This document shows positions 13,072 to 25,576 of a stretch of DNA of 64,000 nt, piece after piece (within the stretch, counting starts at the first letter, position 1; the number at the start of each line of letters is the position of its first letter). A program made the translations under genes and the position numbers. The stretch comes from Eledone cirrhosa (taxonomy: Eukaryota). The notes beneath the pieces were generated by a model, which searched no databases, was not told the DNA's origin, and saw only the letters and a list, made by a program, of their open reading frames with translations. Where the stretch lies: positions 62,001 through 126,000 of the forward strand of contig CAXHJY010001609.1 of assembly GCA_964016885.1 (NCBI GenBank), given 5' to 3'.

Positions 13072-13485
13072 CTATACATTAGATAATGTAGTCCTAGGTA
13101 AACTATGTCTGATAGCCACTATACTGTACATTAGATAATGTAGTCCTAGATACACTATGTCTGATAGCCACTATACTGTACATTAGATAATGTAGTCCTA
13201 GATACACTATGTCTGAGAGCCATTAATACTAATTACTTTACTGTACATTAGATAATGTAGTCCTAGATATACTATGTCTGATAGCCACTAATACTAACTA
13301 CTGTCCTGTACATTAGATAATGTAGTCCTAGATACACTATGTCTGAGAGCCATTAATACTAATTACTTTACTGTACATTAGATAATGTAGTCCTAGATAA
13401 ACTATGTCTGATAGCCACTAATACTAACTACTGTACTCTATATTAGATAATGTAGTACTAAATACACTATGTCTGATAGTCACTA
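13072..13485. repeat. ~54-66-bp minisatellite
   Basis: tacattagataatgtagtcctagatacactatgtctgatagccact, repeated about 7 times. Confidence 0.9.
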
Positions 13486-13494
13486 GTATATACG

Positions 13495-13812
13495 TAGTTC
13501 TCAGGGAGATTCAGCGAGACGTATGACATGGCTTCCCTTTGAAATACATGTAGAACCCATCTTATATTATAATGTGTCTGAGTATTTCATTGACACGTAC
13601 ACCGTTGACATTGTTCTCAGGGAGATTCAGTGTGACAATTCTATGTAACAACGTTTCCACTATAATTATGGTACAACTTATTATTTTTCCGGTTGGGTGA
13701 AATAAAACAATGAGAAATAATGTGTCTTGTTCAAGGCCTCAACGTACAGACCACCCGTCTGGGATTCGAACTCACGAACCATACGTTCATGTAATGCGTG
13801 CTATCACCGCCT
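13495..13812 (-). mobile_element. Degenerate tRNA-derived SINE, family 2
   Basis: Minus strand has B box GAGTTCGAATC followed by ccttgaacaagacacattatttc. A related head lies on + at 17730-17840. Confidence 0.6.
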
Positions 13813-14341
13813 AAAACCGGTTTCCTCCACATAAAGTACACAGGAATGAGAATCCGGATTAATTCACGAACAAGAATTACAATAAGTCGCTGAGAGTGAT
13901 CTCCCTTGGCTGACTTTAACATCTTTTCTTCTTCCATTAGAAATTAATTTCTTTCATGTCCGACTGCAAGACTCTGGAGTTTTTACCTGTCTTGGGTTTA
14001 ATTAATGAGGAATTTTGAGGTATTTATAACAATTATTAATTATTTCATTACTGAGATATCATTGGAAGGATTTACTAAAGTTTTTAATTATTAATTATTT
14101 TATTAGTAACTTAACATGTGGTTCTTGTATAAAATTATGTTGGAAGATTTTAGGAAGAAGCTATGTAGTCGGTCTCGGTAAAATAGACTCCCACGCTATG
14201 TAGCCGGTAAGAGTGTCAGACTCCCTGTGTTGCGGCCCTTTATGGTTTGAGTTAAGACAATTTAAAATATTTTCCACCATCAATTGTTAAAAAACAAGTT
14301 AAAATCATTTAGTCGTCCATTCGTAACGTACGTTACACTTT

Positions 14342-14660
14342 AGTTACATACACATCTACTGTGTTACATACACACACATCTACTGTGTTACATAGACATC
14401 TACTGTGTTACATATACACACAACTACTGTGTTATATATACACACACACTTCTGTGTTACACACACATATCTACTGAGTTACATACACACACATCTACTG
14501 AGTTATATACACATCTCCTATGTTACATACACACATCTACTGTGTTACATACACACATGTCTACTGTGTTACATACACGCACATCTACTAAGTTACATAC
14601 ATACACATCTACTGAGTTACATACACACACATCTACTGGGTTTACACATCTACTCATACA
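14342..14660. repeat. ~20-22-bp minisatellite
   Basis: gttacatacacacacatctactgt units. Confidence 0.9.
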
Positions 14661-15560
14661 TATACATAAACAGACACACAATACAAAATAATTATTACAT
14701 ACACACGCATCTATGTAATGATTGAGGAAGGAATTGGCTGGTGAAACGCTATAGCGATGTGTGTGTTGCGTACCTTTCAGGTTTCCCGGCTTCGTAGCCT
14801 GTTCGAAGATTTTATTATAATTATGAACCTCGTACTTCAAATAATAATGACTAATTATGAGCTATTTATCGCAATTGTTAGTTAATTACTAACATAGTAA
14901 CATAACATATGGTTGTTATATAGAATTTCGTTGGAAGACTTTAATTTAGATAGGAACCATTTCCATAGAACGAGAACCAATTTTGGCTGGGTTTCTACCA
15001 AAAGGGTTAATGAAGAATGTTGAACAATTTACTAAAATTGCTAATTATTTCATTACTAGGATAATGTTTGAATACACAATTATATGTGTATATATATATA
15101 AACAGTATATATATACAGTATATATATAGTACACAAAAGATGTAGTGGGATAATGAGTAGTCTTAAGACAAGTCTGTCCAGATAGCTGTGCTGTAACTTA
15201 CACTTATTGGGACTGTGTGTTGGCTAGCATGCCTGTATTTGGGGTCTAGCTGGTCCATTATGAGGGAGGTCTGGTTAGTTGGCAGCACCATGCCTTGTGG
15301 TATATGTATGTATAGAAATAAGTTATTGTATATGTATAACTGTCCATCTATATGTATACATGTATGTTTAGGTATGTGTTTACATGCATATATACATTTT
15401 CAGATGTATGCACGTAAGAGTATATATATATCTTTATATATATATGTATATTTATAAATATATATACATACATGAGTGTGGATATATATATATATATATA
15501 TATGTTTATATTTATATATCTATCATCTTTTAATATATAGATGTATAAATAAAATATATA

Positions 15561-15629
15561 CAGGGTCTCCCCCACAAAATGTATTCACACTTCTATGTAA
15601 ATGTGTATACACATTTTAGGGACACCCTG
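15561..15629. mobile_element. Tiny Tc1/mariner-type MITE (mirror copy at 16594-16668)
   Basis: TA-CAGGGTCTCCC...GGGACACCCTG-TA: short TIRs flanked by TA. Confidence 0.65.
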
Positions 15630-15938
15630 TATATAGACATATCATGTAACGTGACTCCTACTATTATTGGTTGTACAGATCGTCACAGATGAAAATATTT
15701 ATTTCGACCAAGATTGAATATTTCATGGAATTAAGTGGAATTAGGAAATAAGACAATAAAACAGTGAAATGAAGTCATAAGAGGTAGATAGAGGAAAAGT
15801 AGAGAGGGGGAGAGAGAATTAACACAGTTTTGTCTTTCTGTCTCTCTCACTTCTCCTTCTTACATATATTATTGTCTCTTACTACACCTCATAAAAGCAG
15901 ATCGCCACGCCACCTTTCGAGTAAACAACAAAACTCTG

Positions 15939-16045
15939 AAAGACTATGGGTGATAACTCTTTTTAAAAATTAAGGAACCAGCCCGGTTGGAACCATGTAA
16001 CACTTTAGTCCTGGCGTTAGTAAGCCAGACTGCTCACACTAGTAA
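15939..16045 (-). ncRNA. tRNA-derived pol III-like unit, copy U2 (degenerate B box)
   Basis: AGCAGTCTGGCTTACTAACGCCAGGAC..TTACATGGTTCCAACC..GAGTTATC aligns with U0 and U1. Confidence 0.35.
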
Positions 16046-16087
16046 ATTATTGTAGCGCCCTCTTTACAGTAAACAGTGATACTATAT

Positions 16088-16202
16088 AAAAGCAGTAGGA
16101 GATAACTCAGTAGACACTATAGTGAACTACGTGAGATTCAAACCCTTGTAAGGAGAGAGAGCTGAGTTTAGTAAGCCGAGCCGCTACTAATTCAGCCACC
16201 TT
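16088..16202 (-). ncRNA. tRNA-derived pol III-like unit, copy U1
   Basis: A-box-like GGTGGCTGAATTAG, B-box-like GGTTTGAATC, and tail GAGTTATCTCCTACT (identical to U0) followed by TTTT. Confidence 0.45.
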
Positions 16203-16722
16203 AAAGTTTATAAAGAGAGGACATTTTGTTTTTCTCTCTTTTAACCTCAACAATTCACTGTTTTATTGTCTTATTTCCTAATAAATTCCACTTAATTCCA
16301 TTAAATATTCAATCTTGGTCATAATAAACTACCGAATCTACATTTTTGTCACAATTACAACTTTTATTTCGACATATTTCATTAATATATAGTTATATTA
16401 TTAAGTTAATGTGACCAACACGTTAATTTTATTTAGTCTCCACATTTTCTTCCATGTTTAACAGATTCTACACAAAATTGTTAATAAAATACATGTATAT
16501 TTATTTATACACATGTATTTTATTAACAATTTTGTTATACATGTATATTTATTTATACACATGTAGGAGTCACATTACATGATATGTATATTACAGTGTC
16601 CCCCAAAAATGTATACACACTTACATAGACTGTAGTTGACGTGTGTATACATTTTTGGGGAGACCCTGTATATATTTTATATATACATATATATGTTAAA
16701 AGATGATTGATATATAAATATA

Positions 16723-16774
<52 letters not shown>

Positions 16775-17729
16775 TATATTTATAAATATATACTCTTATG
16801 TATTCAATTAAATATTCTACACGTGTATATATATATATTTATATGAATATATATATATATACACATGTTTATACGTCTGAAAATGTATATATGTATGTAA
16901 ATATATTTTTATACATACATGTATACATATAGATGGACAGTTATGCACATAAAATATTTTATATATTTATAGACATACAATGAATTATTAACTTATTAAA
17001 AACTACAATGTATGATTAAATTATGTTTGATTTTAATGTCTATGACAGAAAATTATTATAATTGATCTAAATTAATGTTAAAATAAATTTTTAAAAATCT
17101 AAATAAACAGTTTATTTGTTAACATAACCGTCGTGATAATATTGGTTCCTTATATAGGCATAAGACCAACAATTTTGGGGGAGGGGAAAGTAGATTAAAT
17201 CAACACCAGTGCATTACTGGTACTTTATTTTATCGACCCCGTAAGGATAAAAGGCAAAGTTAACCTCGGAGGGATTTGAACTCAGATCATACAGTCGTCA
17301 TAATATTACAAATAAAAAGAGAGGGAGTCGGGCTGCTAACTGTAAGGTTCTTGTCTTTAGGTGGGGTGTTGTGTGGTTGTTGGGTAGGAGCTGTTGGCCG
17401 ATAGGTTGAGCATGTAGTGTCACTGAACCACGATCAAGGCTGCGATAGTGATGCTTCTGTGGTTTCATATTTCAACACAGGCAAGATGATCTATAATATG
17501 AACAGCTAAATGTTGGAGAAATTCATTCAATTGCTACAGGTCTGACCCTTAGTCTGAATTATATCTACTTATGTAGATACTCTATTACCTTTTACTCATG
17601 ACTTCAAGGGATCCTGTGAAAACAAAGGCAATAATACACCATTGAGATGATCAACTGGTCAATCTATCAAATAAAATGACCATCATCATCATCATTCACT
17701 TTCCACTATAACTAAAACATAGGAAGACA

Positions 17730-17840
17730 TGTAGCTTAGTGGTAAGAGAGTTGGATTGACAACCATGGGGTTCTGAGTTCAATTCCTAGACTAGGTGTTG
17801 TGCTAAGTCCTTCAACAAGACACTTTATTTCACCTTGCTC
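17730..17840 (+). mobile_element. tRNA-derived SINE head, family 2
   Basis: A box TAGCTTAGTGG, B box GAGTTCAATTC, then tccttcaacaagacactttatttcac. Confidence 0.65.
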
Positions 17841-19347
17841 TATCTTCCAGGAGTTACAACTGGTAGATTGTAGATTATATCATCAATTGGAAAGTCCAAT
17901 GGAAGCATTGTTTCCTTGGTCCAATCTGATGAGTTCCACTCCACTTGGTAAGTAAGGTCTCGGATGTTGAGATTTGTTACAAAAAATTCACTAAAATCAA
18001 GATACTGGGTTGGTATAACTACCTGGTTTGGATGTGTTGTGGTATGTGGTGTGGTGTGGTATGTGGTGTGTGTCTTTTGTGGAAGTTTTACACATATAGG
18101 ACCTAGAAGGGGTGTTTGAGGACTCTACCCCCTACAACCCTTTCAGAAATAAATGGGTTAAGAAAAAGAGAAGAAAGTTGTAAAGTATTTTCAAATGTAA
18201 ATTATTTTTTTTTAAGTCATAATTTGAACTGTCATGAAAGTACCATCCAACAAATATTAAAGTTATAAAATTGGTTTTATTTACACATAAATGTGGATAT
18301 TTTGTAACAAAAATAAATATAAACCAGATAAGCTTTATAAAATAAACACATTGATCCTTTGTTTTGTTTTTCTTGCACTGATGGAGTCATAGGGGTGTCA
18401 CTGTGGACATTTGAAGGTTGGTGGAGCCCTTCACTCACCAGGTTAGAACTGTTGATTTCTTCCAGAGAAGGAGAGAGAATGAGAGAGAGGAAGTGAGAAA
18501 GAAATATAGAGAGGAAGAACAGACCCCAGTGGTAGACTGGTACTTTTTTGTTATCAACCTTGAATGGATGAAAGGCAAAGTTGACCTCAGCAGGATTTAA
18601 ACCCAGAGCAGAGAACCAGAACAAATATGGCAGAAAGTATTCCATCCATTGTTTTATAGACTTTAAATAAATGTTTCTACTTTTAACTCAACCCCAGTGC
18701 ATTACTGTTACTTTGTTACTGAACCTCTGAGGAAGAAGAGTAAAGCTAACCTCAGCAGGATTTTAATATAGAACGTAAAGGGATGTAACTATATGACACA
18801 AAGCATATCGTCTGACACTCTACTGATTCTGCCAATCCACCACCATCACCAATAAAATAAAATTGTGTCTCTAAAAGAAACCTTAATGACAAATAATATG
18901 AAGTAGAACTTTCTACAGAGTGTATTTGTGGATAACAGTACAAATCCTCTGAGAATGATTTCTAACATATTTCACCATAATAAATGTTCATTAATATATA
19001 TTATTATAATTATCATATATTAGGTCAGGTGGATTGGCCAGAACAATTCTACACTTCTTTTTTAGATGTCATGATCTTCCATGGCATTCCTGAGATCATT
19101 AATCTCCAGCTGGACATCCTGTGACATCTGATCTATGTAGGTCAATCTCAGTCATCCCACTAGGGTCTTACTATGTTTAGGTATCCACCACAGGAAACAG
19201 CTCATCAGGTCATCCTCCCCTCAGTAACAATATATATATATATATATATACACACAGACAGACACACATATATATATTTATTTTCTTCTTTCCAGAGTGT
19301 GTCTGTATATTTGTGTGTTTCACATTTCACAGTGATGGGGTTTATCA

Positions 19348-19683
19348 CTAGTGTTGACTACATTTGTGAACAACCAGCGAAGAATTCCATGTGAAAGATT
19401 TCTCACATATTTCATAATGGAAGGGTTTCTCTCCAGTGTGACTCCGTATGTGGATGACAAGATTAGAATTATAAGTGAAAGATTTCCCACATATTTCACA
19501 ATGGAAGGGTTTCTCTCCAGTGTGACTCCGTATGTGGATGACAAGATTAGAATTATAAGTGAAAGATTTCCCGCATATATCACAGTGGAAGGGTTTTTCT
19601 CCTGTGTGTATTTTCCCATGTGAGGTTAGTTTCAGTTTTGAAGAGAAAGTTTTCCTGCAAATCTCACAGCTATATTCAGACAT
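19348..19683 (-). CDS. Short C2H2 zinc-finger ORF, type A, 4 fingers (last one degenerate)
   Basis: 111 aa starting [13 protein letters not shown], with two identical FTYNSNLVIH fingers. The last finger has Tyr in place of the first Cys. May be a pseudogene. Confidence 0.65.
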   Translation of the reverse strand: MSEYSCEICRKTFSSKLKLTSHGKIHTGEKPFHCDICGKSFTYNSNLVIHIRSHTGEKPFHCEICGKSFTYNSNLVIHIRSHTGEKPFHYEICEKSFTWNSSLVVHKCSQH

Positions 19684-19920
19684 ATTTCTAGCTAGAGATC
19701 TTTACATAAAGGATTCTCACCACTTCTACTCATACATTAAGATATGTAGATATGGTTAATAGATACCATGTAGTCTAATATACAGAGTGTCCATAAAAGA
19801 CTGCAGAACTCCGCTTTCTTCTTCTACAAAGTTGTAATGTAGCATTCAGTTAATAAGACATCATATAACAGCATAAGACTGATCTTGGATGAAGAAAAAG
19901 CAAGTGCTTATATATATATA

Positions 19921-20108
19921 TCATCATCATCACCGTTTTAGGTCCGTTCTTCCACGTTAGCATGGGTTAGATGTGTTGTCCTGTTGTGGGCAGTGTCCGG
20001 TCAGCTGACCTTGTCTTGCTCATACGGGAACTGATTCTGGCTTGATTTCTACAGCTGGATGCCCTTCCTAACACCAACCTCATTTACAGTGAGTGCTGGG
20101 TGCTTTTT
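19921..20108 (-). mobile_element. Short RTE 3'-UTR copy or bipartite non-autonomous element (paralogs 36619-36796, 50518-50714)
   Basis: (CAT)n tail, terminal catgctaacgtgg hairpin and GGATGCCCTTCCTAACACC motif. Flanked by TA/TC repeats. Confidence 0.8.
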
Positions 20109-20569
20109 ATCTCTCTCTCTCTCTACATATATATATATAAGTGATTATTGTGGAATATACCACTATTATTATTGCTAAAGTGAGAGAAGCTCTATTCATA
20201 CTAAAATCCTCAGCTCATAAAACAAACGAATAAGACTTCTATAGTTAAGGTTCTTGTTATTGAGGACAGTTCAGGTGACAAGAGAATTAATATCCATAAT
20301 TTCAAAAGATGAAGGTTAATATATATACATATATATAAATAGACATACAGTGTGTACGTATGAAAGAGAGAAGTAGACGTGTGTGTGTGTGTAGAAATAT
20401 GTGTGTAGGTGTTCTAATAAGTCAAGATATTTCACTTCAGATAGAAAAGTTCAAAATGTTTGTGTTGTGGTGGAAAATAAAATAATACGTACTTTAGTTG
20501 TCAAATAAAGTCAAAACTAATTTTTCACTGATTTCTGATTAAAATAATATTTTCCTGTCCTGTAAAATG

Positions 20570-20830
20570 ATCAGATGGCAGAAGTTGGGCAGCCTGCTGT
20601 TTCTTGTTATGTAATTCTACAAGAATCTCTTCAGGAGCCTTCGAGATGTTGGTCGAGGCAGTGTTGATCTGGTTCTCTATCAGTGTGGGTGTAATTCCAG
20701 TGACGTCCGAGTAGAGACTGTCGTAGTTGAGATGTTGGTGGGCTCGGTTGTTGTAGGCCTCTCTGGTAATAACACAAAACTCTTTTCCCTTGTCCGATGG
20801 GAGGTATACAAGGTTCTTAGATATGAGGTT
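20570..20830 (-). mobile_element. Penelope-like element fragment (paralogs ~37230-37490, ~51170-51430)
   Basis: Translates to NLVYLPSDKGKEFCVITREAYNNRAHQHLNYDSLY, matching the DKG..V....Y......L....Y motif N-terminal to Penelope RT. Confidence 0.65.
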
Positions 20831-21167
20831 AACTTAGGGTAGCAGGTTGTGGTGAGTATGGGTGTGTTTTTGTAGGATCTCGAGAATAAACTCTCACAGT
20901 TAAAACTTACCATGACTAACATCCTACAAAAACACACACATACTCCCCACAACCTCTCCAGAGGTGAAAGCAGTGATTCTTTGCTTAAACTTTAAACTGT
21001 TCTTATAATATGTATATAACCAAGTGGAAAGATATATACATATATATTTTCACTTGGTTATATATACAGAGAGAGAAAGAGCCAAATATCGTGTAAGATA
21101 TATGATATATGGGTCTTTCTCTCTCTCTATATATATATATCTTTGTATTTAGTTGTTATGTCTCTCG

Positions 21168-21205
<38 letters not shown>

Positions 21206-21377
21206 CTTTATATTTGGTTATTATGGCTCTCTCTCTCTATATATATATATATACACATATATCTTTGTGTATGGTTGTTATGGCTCTAGATAAAGTCTAT
21301 TGAGCCTCCTTATTGAGAAACACAAACATATTTGATGTGTTATATACTCAAATAATGAATCAAAACACATCAAATGT

Positions 21378-21542
21378 AGATTGGCAGTATCGGTAGATGG
21401 TCGGACGCCATGCTTTGACGCATAGAGTTACGGCCCTTTCCATTCTGAGTTCAAATCCCGCCGAGGTCAACTTTGCCTTTCATCCTGACGGGGTCAATAA
21501 AATAAAGAACCAGTTAATTTATGGCCAAAAGTAGAATCAATT
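21378..21542 (+). mobile_element. tRNA-derived SINE, family 1
   Basis: A-box-like TGGCAGTATCGGTAG, B box GAGTTCAAATC, body gcctttcatcctgacggggtcaataaaat. Confidence 0.8.
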
Positions 21543-21766
21543 ATTTGAGTATATATATATACATATATACATACCTGGTGGTCATCGATCTGTCCAGTTC
21601 GTTTGTCGACCAACATATCAGTAAAAAATTATACATTTTCTCTGTATTTTCTCTAAGGAGAACATGTGTTGCTTCCTGTTATACATAAAACTTTGATCTT
21701 CGAAATATATATAATGAAATAAATAGAGATGATATAAAGTATATATCTTCCGTTTATTACTAATAG

Positions 21767-21804
<38 letters not shown>

Positions 21805-23721
21805 TATGCCATTGTAGTTTATTGTAACGACAGAAAAACCTTTAATTATAAGTTTACTTGACCATACTAACCTGGGACTTAATTTAAGCCAGACGGTGTT
21901 GTCTCCCTTAACACTAATCACTGAATTAATATCCAGTAACGTCTGCTTTTCTTCTAGGTTTAGTTAACCTTTATCATTAACGTTACTCTATATTTACTAT
22001 TATATTTTCGCAGTAAACATAATTATCTCACAAAATATTGAATCTATGAGATTTTGAAATTATTTATTTTGAGAACAATACCTTAACATCAGCATGAGCG
22101 GCTTGTTAGGGCCAGTTAGAACAGAAAATGTAAGAGAATTCTGGCCAGATACGGACGGTTTAAATAAATGATTTAATAAATAACAGCTCTATTGAAACAC
22201 TACTGTGTTGTTCTGAGATGATTTCAGTAGAATTTCAAATGGTAGAAGGACAAATATATTCTACATTTACTTTAATATAGATTTAAACAAAGATGGTAGA
22301 ATGACAGAATTGGTAGAGTGTCAGATAACCTACCATTGTAGTATTTGTCCTGGTTTTTAATAGTCTGAGTTCAAATCCCACTGAAGTAAATTTCATATTT
22401 TATTCTTCTAGGCTGGATTAAATATATTATATGTACTACAGTTGATTTAATAAACTTTGCCCTTCCCCCAAAATTGCTGGTCTTCAGCCTAATTTACAAA
22501 TAAATAGAGATTTAACAAGTTTGTTGCTTCATATTTCTCAAAACACTTTTATTTAGTGTGACTAGTGCAGTAAATTGGCAGTAATCGGTAGAGCGTCAGA
22601 CAACAAGCTTTGCATCATATAGTTATGTCCTGTTACATTCTGAGTTCAAATCATGCGGAGAGTAGCTTTCCCTTTCATCCATACAGGGTTGATATAATAA
22701 AGTACCAGTAATACACTGAGGTTGATTTAACTTTCCCCATGCTCAATACTATTGGGCCTGTGCCTACATCAAATACCATTATTTACTGTGTCTAACAACA
22801 CTCACTAACCTATACTATCACTACCCCAATGATACCAGCCAAGACAGTGTCTCAAAATTCTCTCTGGCCTGCAGAAACCCAGGTACAAGTTGCCTCATGC
22901 TCCTGGCTAAGGATATAATGGATAAAGTATTAACCTGGAAGATAGTGAGGGAGATGTGTTGAAGTAGCCATTAAAACCTCTTTGGGGCCTCACAAGTTTT
23001 AAAAACAACAACGTCCAATAGAATTTTAAACATTTCAAATATCAATGAAGTGTTTGTGTTTGATTTCTTCTAACTACTTTCAAGATACCATTACTTATGG
23101 TGTTCTTAACAGATATTTAGATGGGAAAATAACAAAAGTATGGAATCACAGACTGGACAAATTCATCAAATATAACTCTTTACGTAACAAAAGTAGATTG
23201 AATTTCAGGAGATAAATATAGTTTATTTAATATATTATGAAAAACTGATAAATAATTTACTCAAAAAAGAGAGATTAAAACCAGGAAAAGCCATATACAT
23301 TGCATCAATCACACATCACAAGAGGGAATGTTGGTGTTGACCTCTAGTATTTCTGAGACAAAACACAGCATTACCTCAGGTGATAGAGGGTCTCTCAATT
23401 ACACACCACAGCAGGGAATGTTTGTGTTGACCTCTAACATATCTGAGACAAGACACAGCATTAGTTCAGGTGATAGAGGGTCCCTCAATTACACATTATA
23501 ACGGAATTTTAGCTGTTACAAACAAAGAAAAAAAAAAAAAGTATTTTGCAATGATATCATTAAAAATGAATCTAGGAAGACAAAAGTTAGACATGGAAAG
23601 GATTTTAATTCCAGTTAAAAACATATTTAAGAAATTGTGTCTGTAGAAGTGTTATGGTTACATTTTTGAAGTTGGTGGACAATAAGTTTAGATTGGTAAA
23701 AGGAAGGGTATCTCAGGGTTC

Positions 23722-23960
23722 ACAGTTAAATAGTTTTATCCCCAGTGTGTGTTTCTAAATTACTGTTAGACACAAAATATTTCCCACATGTTTCACTGGG
23801 GAAGGTCCTTTTTCTTCAATCTGACTATGTGGCCAACACGAGTAGAATTCTGAATAAAAGATGTCCAACATGTTTCACACTGGAAGTTTCTTTCCTCCAG
23901 TCTGAAGACATATATGTTTATTAAGTACCAAACTATCTGTAAAAGATTTCTCACATGAAA
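23722..23960 (-). pseudogene. Highly decayed C2H2 ZNF remnant (paralog 40922-41160)
   Basis: Fragments such as SETCGKYFV.NSNLETHTGDK. The flanks are inverted paralogs of the 3362-7550 ZNF locus. Confidence 0.65.
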
Positions 23961-25334
23961 TGAAATATTTAATCATGTAGCAACACCTATCTTGAAACAT
24001 GTAGCTCACCCTATGTTATCTACACAATATTAACTTTCACTTTAACATGAGATAATTACTACATAAAATATAATTAGATTAATTAATTAAGATGGCAGGT
24101 ACGTGGTGTCGTTGACAGTGTTTCCTTTTCCTGATGGTGACATGACTTAAAAGTCCCCTACATAATTTAATACATTCAGAAACAACTTCAGTTATATCAA
24201 TTCACACTTTCAATCAATAAGCTAATCTTTATTCAAATTTGTGTAAATAACATTCAGAATTTTATATAACTGTTCATATTAAACCAAAATACATTATCAA
24301 AGGTAATAAAATATTTAAGAAATGGAAACGAAAAGAAGAAAAAGGAATCAAGCAATGTAAGGGAAAGGGACAGGCACTATATTCCAGTCTGAGCTGTGAT
24401 TCAGCCCCACCCTACAGAAACTATGTTTGGAAGGAAACCAGAGTAGAGGATGACCAAGAAAGTCAGGGGCAAATGTTGTGAGAGCCGAACTCAAAACGCT
24501 AAAACTGGAAGAGATGAAGGAACGCATCTAGTGGAGAGATGCCATGCTGAGAAGGACCTGTACAACTGTTGCAAGCATGGAATAGTAGATATAAGGATGA
24601 TACACACAATATACACTATATATATAAATATGTATATAGTATATGTGCTACATTTACACAATATATACACGATATATAAATACTGCATATATAGAGTATA
24701 TGCTACATATAGACAATATATAAACTATATATATATACAACATACACATTATATATAATGTTGTCCAAGGGAATAGCTGAAACAGCTTGGCACCAATGAC
24801 ATCATAGATCATTATTTAAAGACCTGTCCCACCCTTGCTAGCAAGGGTGGGACAGGTCTTTACAAACCAGGGGGCAGTGGTTATTCTACATTCTACTGAG
24901 TGTATTTTATTGTGGCACCAGTACTAAAGAGGTTGTCATGTCTTTGACAGAACTGAAGGGTCCTACCAAACCTTTGTTTGGCAAGAGAAGAAAGTTGTAA
25001 AGTATTTTCAAATGTGAATTATTTCTAAAAAAAAGTCATAATTTCAACTGTCATGAAAGTACCATCAACAAATATTAAAGTTATAAAATTGTTTTTATTT
25101 ACACATAAATGTGGATATTTTGTCATAAATATAAACATAAACCAGTTAGTGTTTGTAAAATAACACATATAAACACATCAATCTTGTTTGTTTTTCTTAT
25201 ATTTATGGAGTCATAGGGGTGTCACTGTGGACATTTGAAGCTTGGTAGAGCCCTTCACTCACCAGGTTAGAACAGGTGATTTCTTCCAGAGAAGGAGAAT
25301 AATAAATGTTCATCAATATATATATATATTATTT

Positions 25335-25520
25335 CGTGGCATTCTTGAGATCATTAATCCCCAGCTGAACATCCCTAGACATCTGATCTATGTAGGACAT
25401 TTTCAGTCATCCCACTAGGGTCTTACTATGTTTAGGTATCCACCACAGGAGCCAGCTCATCAGGGCATCCATTCTTCGGTAGGAATGTCTGGTATGTCTT
25501 GTCCTCGGCTCCCTAGTTAT
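25335..25520 (-). mobile_element. Old LINE C-terminal fragment, RTE/RTEX-like (paralogs ~19065-19220, ~35560-35720, ~42520-42720)
   Basis: LLWWIPKHSK...SYIDQM.RD....DL.NA resembles the LLWxPxHG..GRP..TYIDQL..D C-terminus of these elements. Confidence 0.5.
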
Positions 25521-25576
25521 TGTAGTAATCTTCAATATATGGCAGTATGTTTCTTGTTTGATTGAGGAATATATAT

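Larger units (their letters stand above)
15331..16950. repeat. Large imperfect inverted repeat (arms ~15331-15770 and ~16253-16950)
   Basis: ataactgtccatctatatgtataca pairs with tgtatacatatagatggacagttat, and gaccaagattgaata..taggaaataagacaataaaacagtg pairs with its reverse complement at 16256-16320. Confidence 0.85.

Noticed and set aside
14985-15010. piggyBac-like terminus AAAGGG-TTAA
   Set aside because: No matching opposite end was found.
17925-17960. CTGATGAG as a hammerhead ribozyme core (also at 34376)
   Set aside because: No stem II followed by GAAA could be built.
24450-24758. ORF conserved between duplication copies (41646-41912)
   Set aside because: Conservation reflects the recent duplication, the copies differ by a frameshift and no domain is recognisable.
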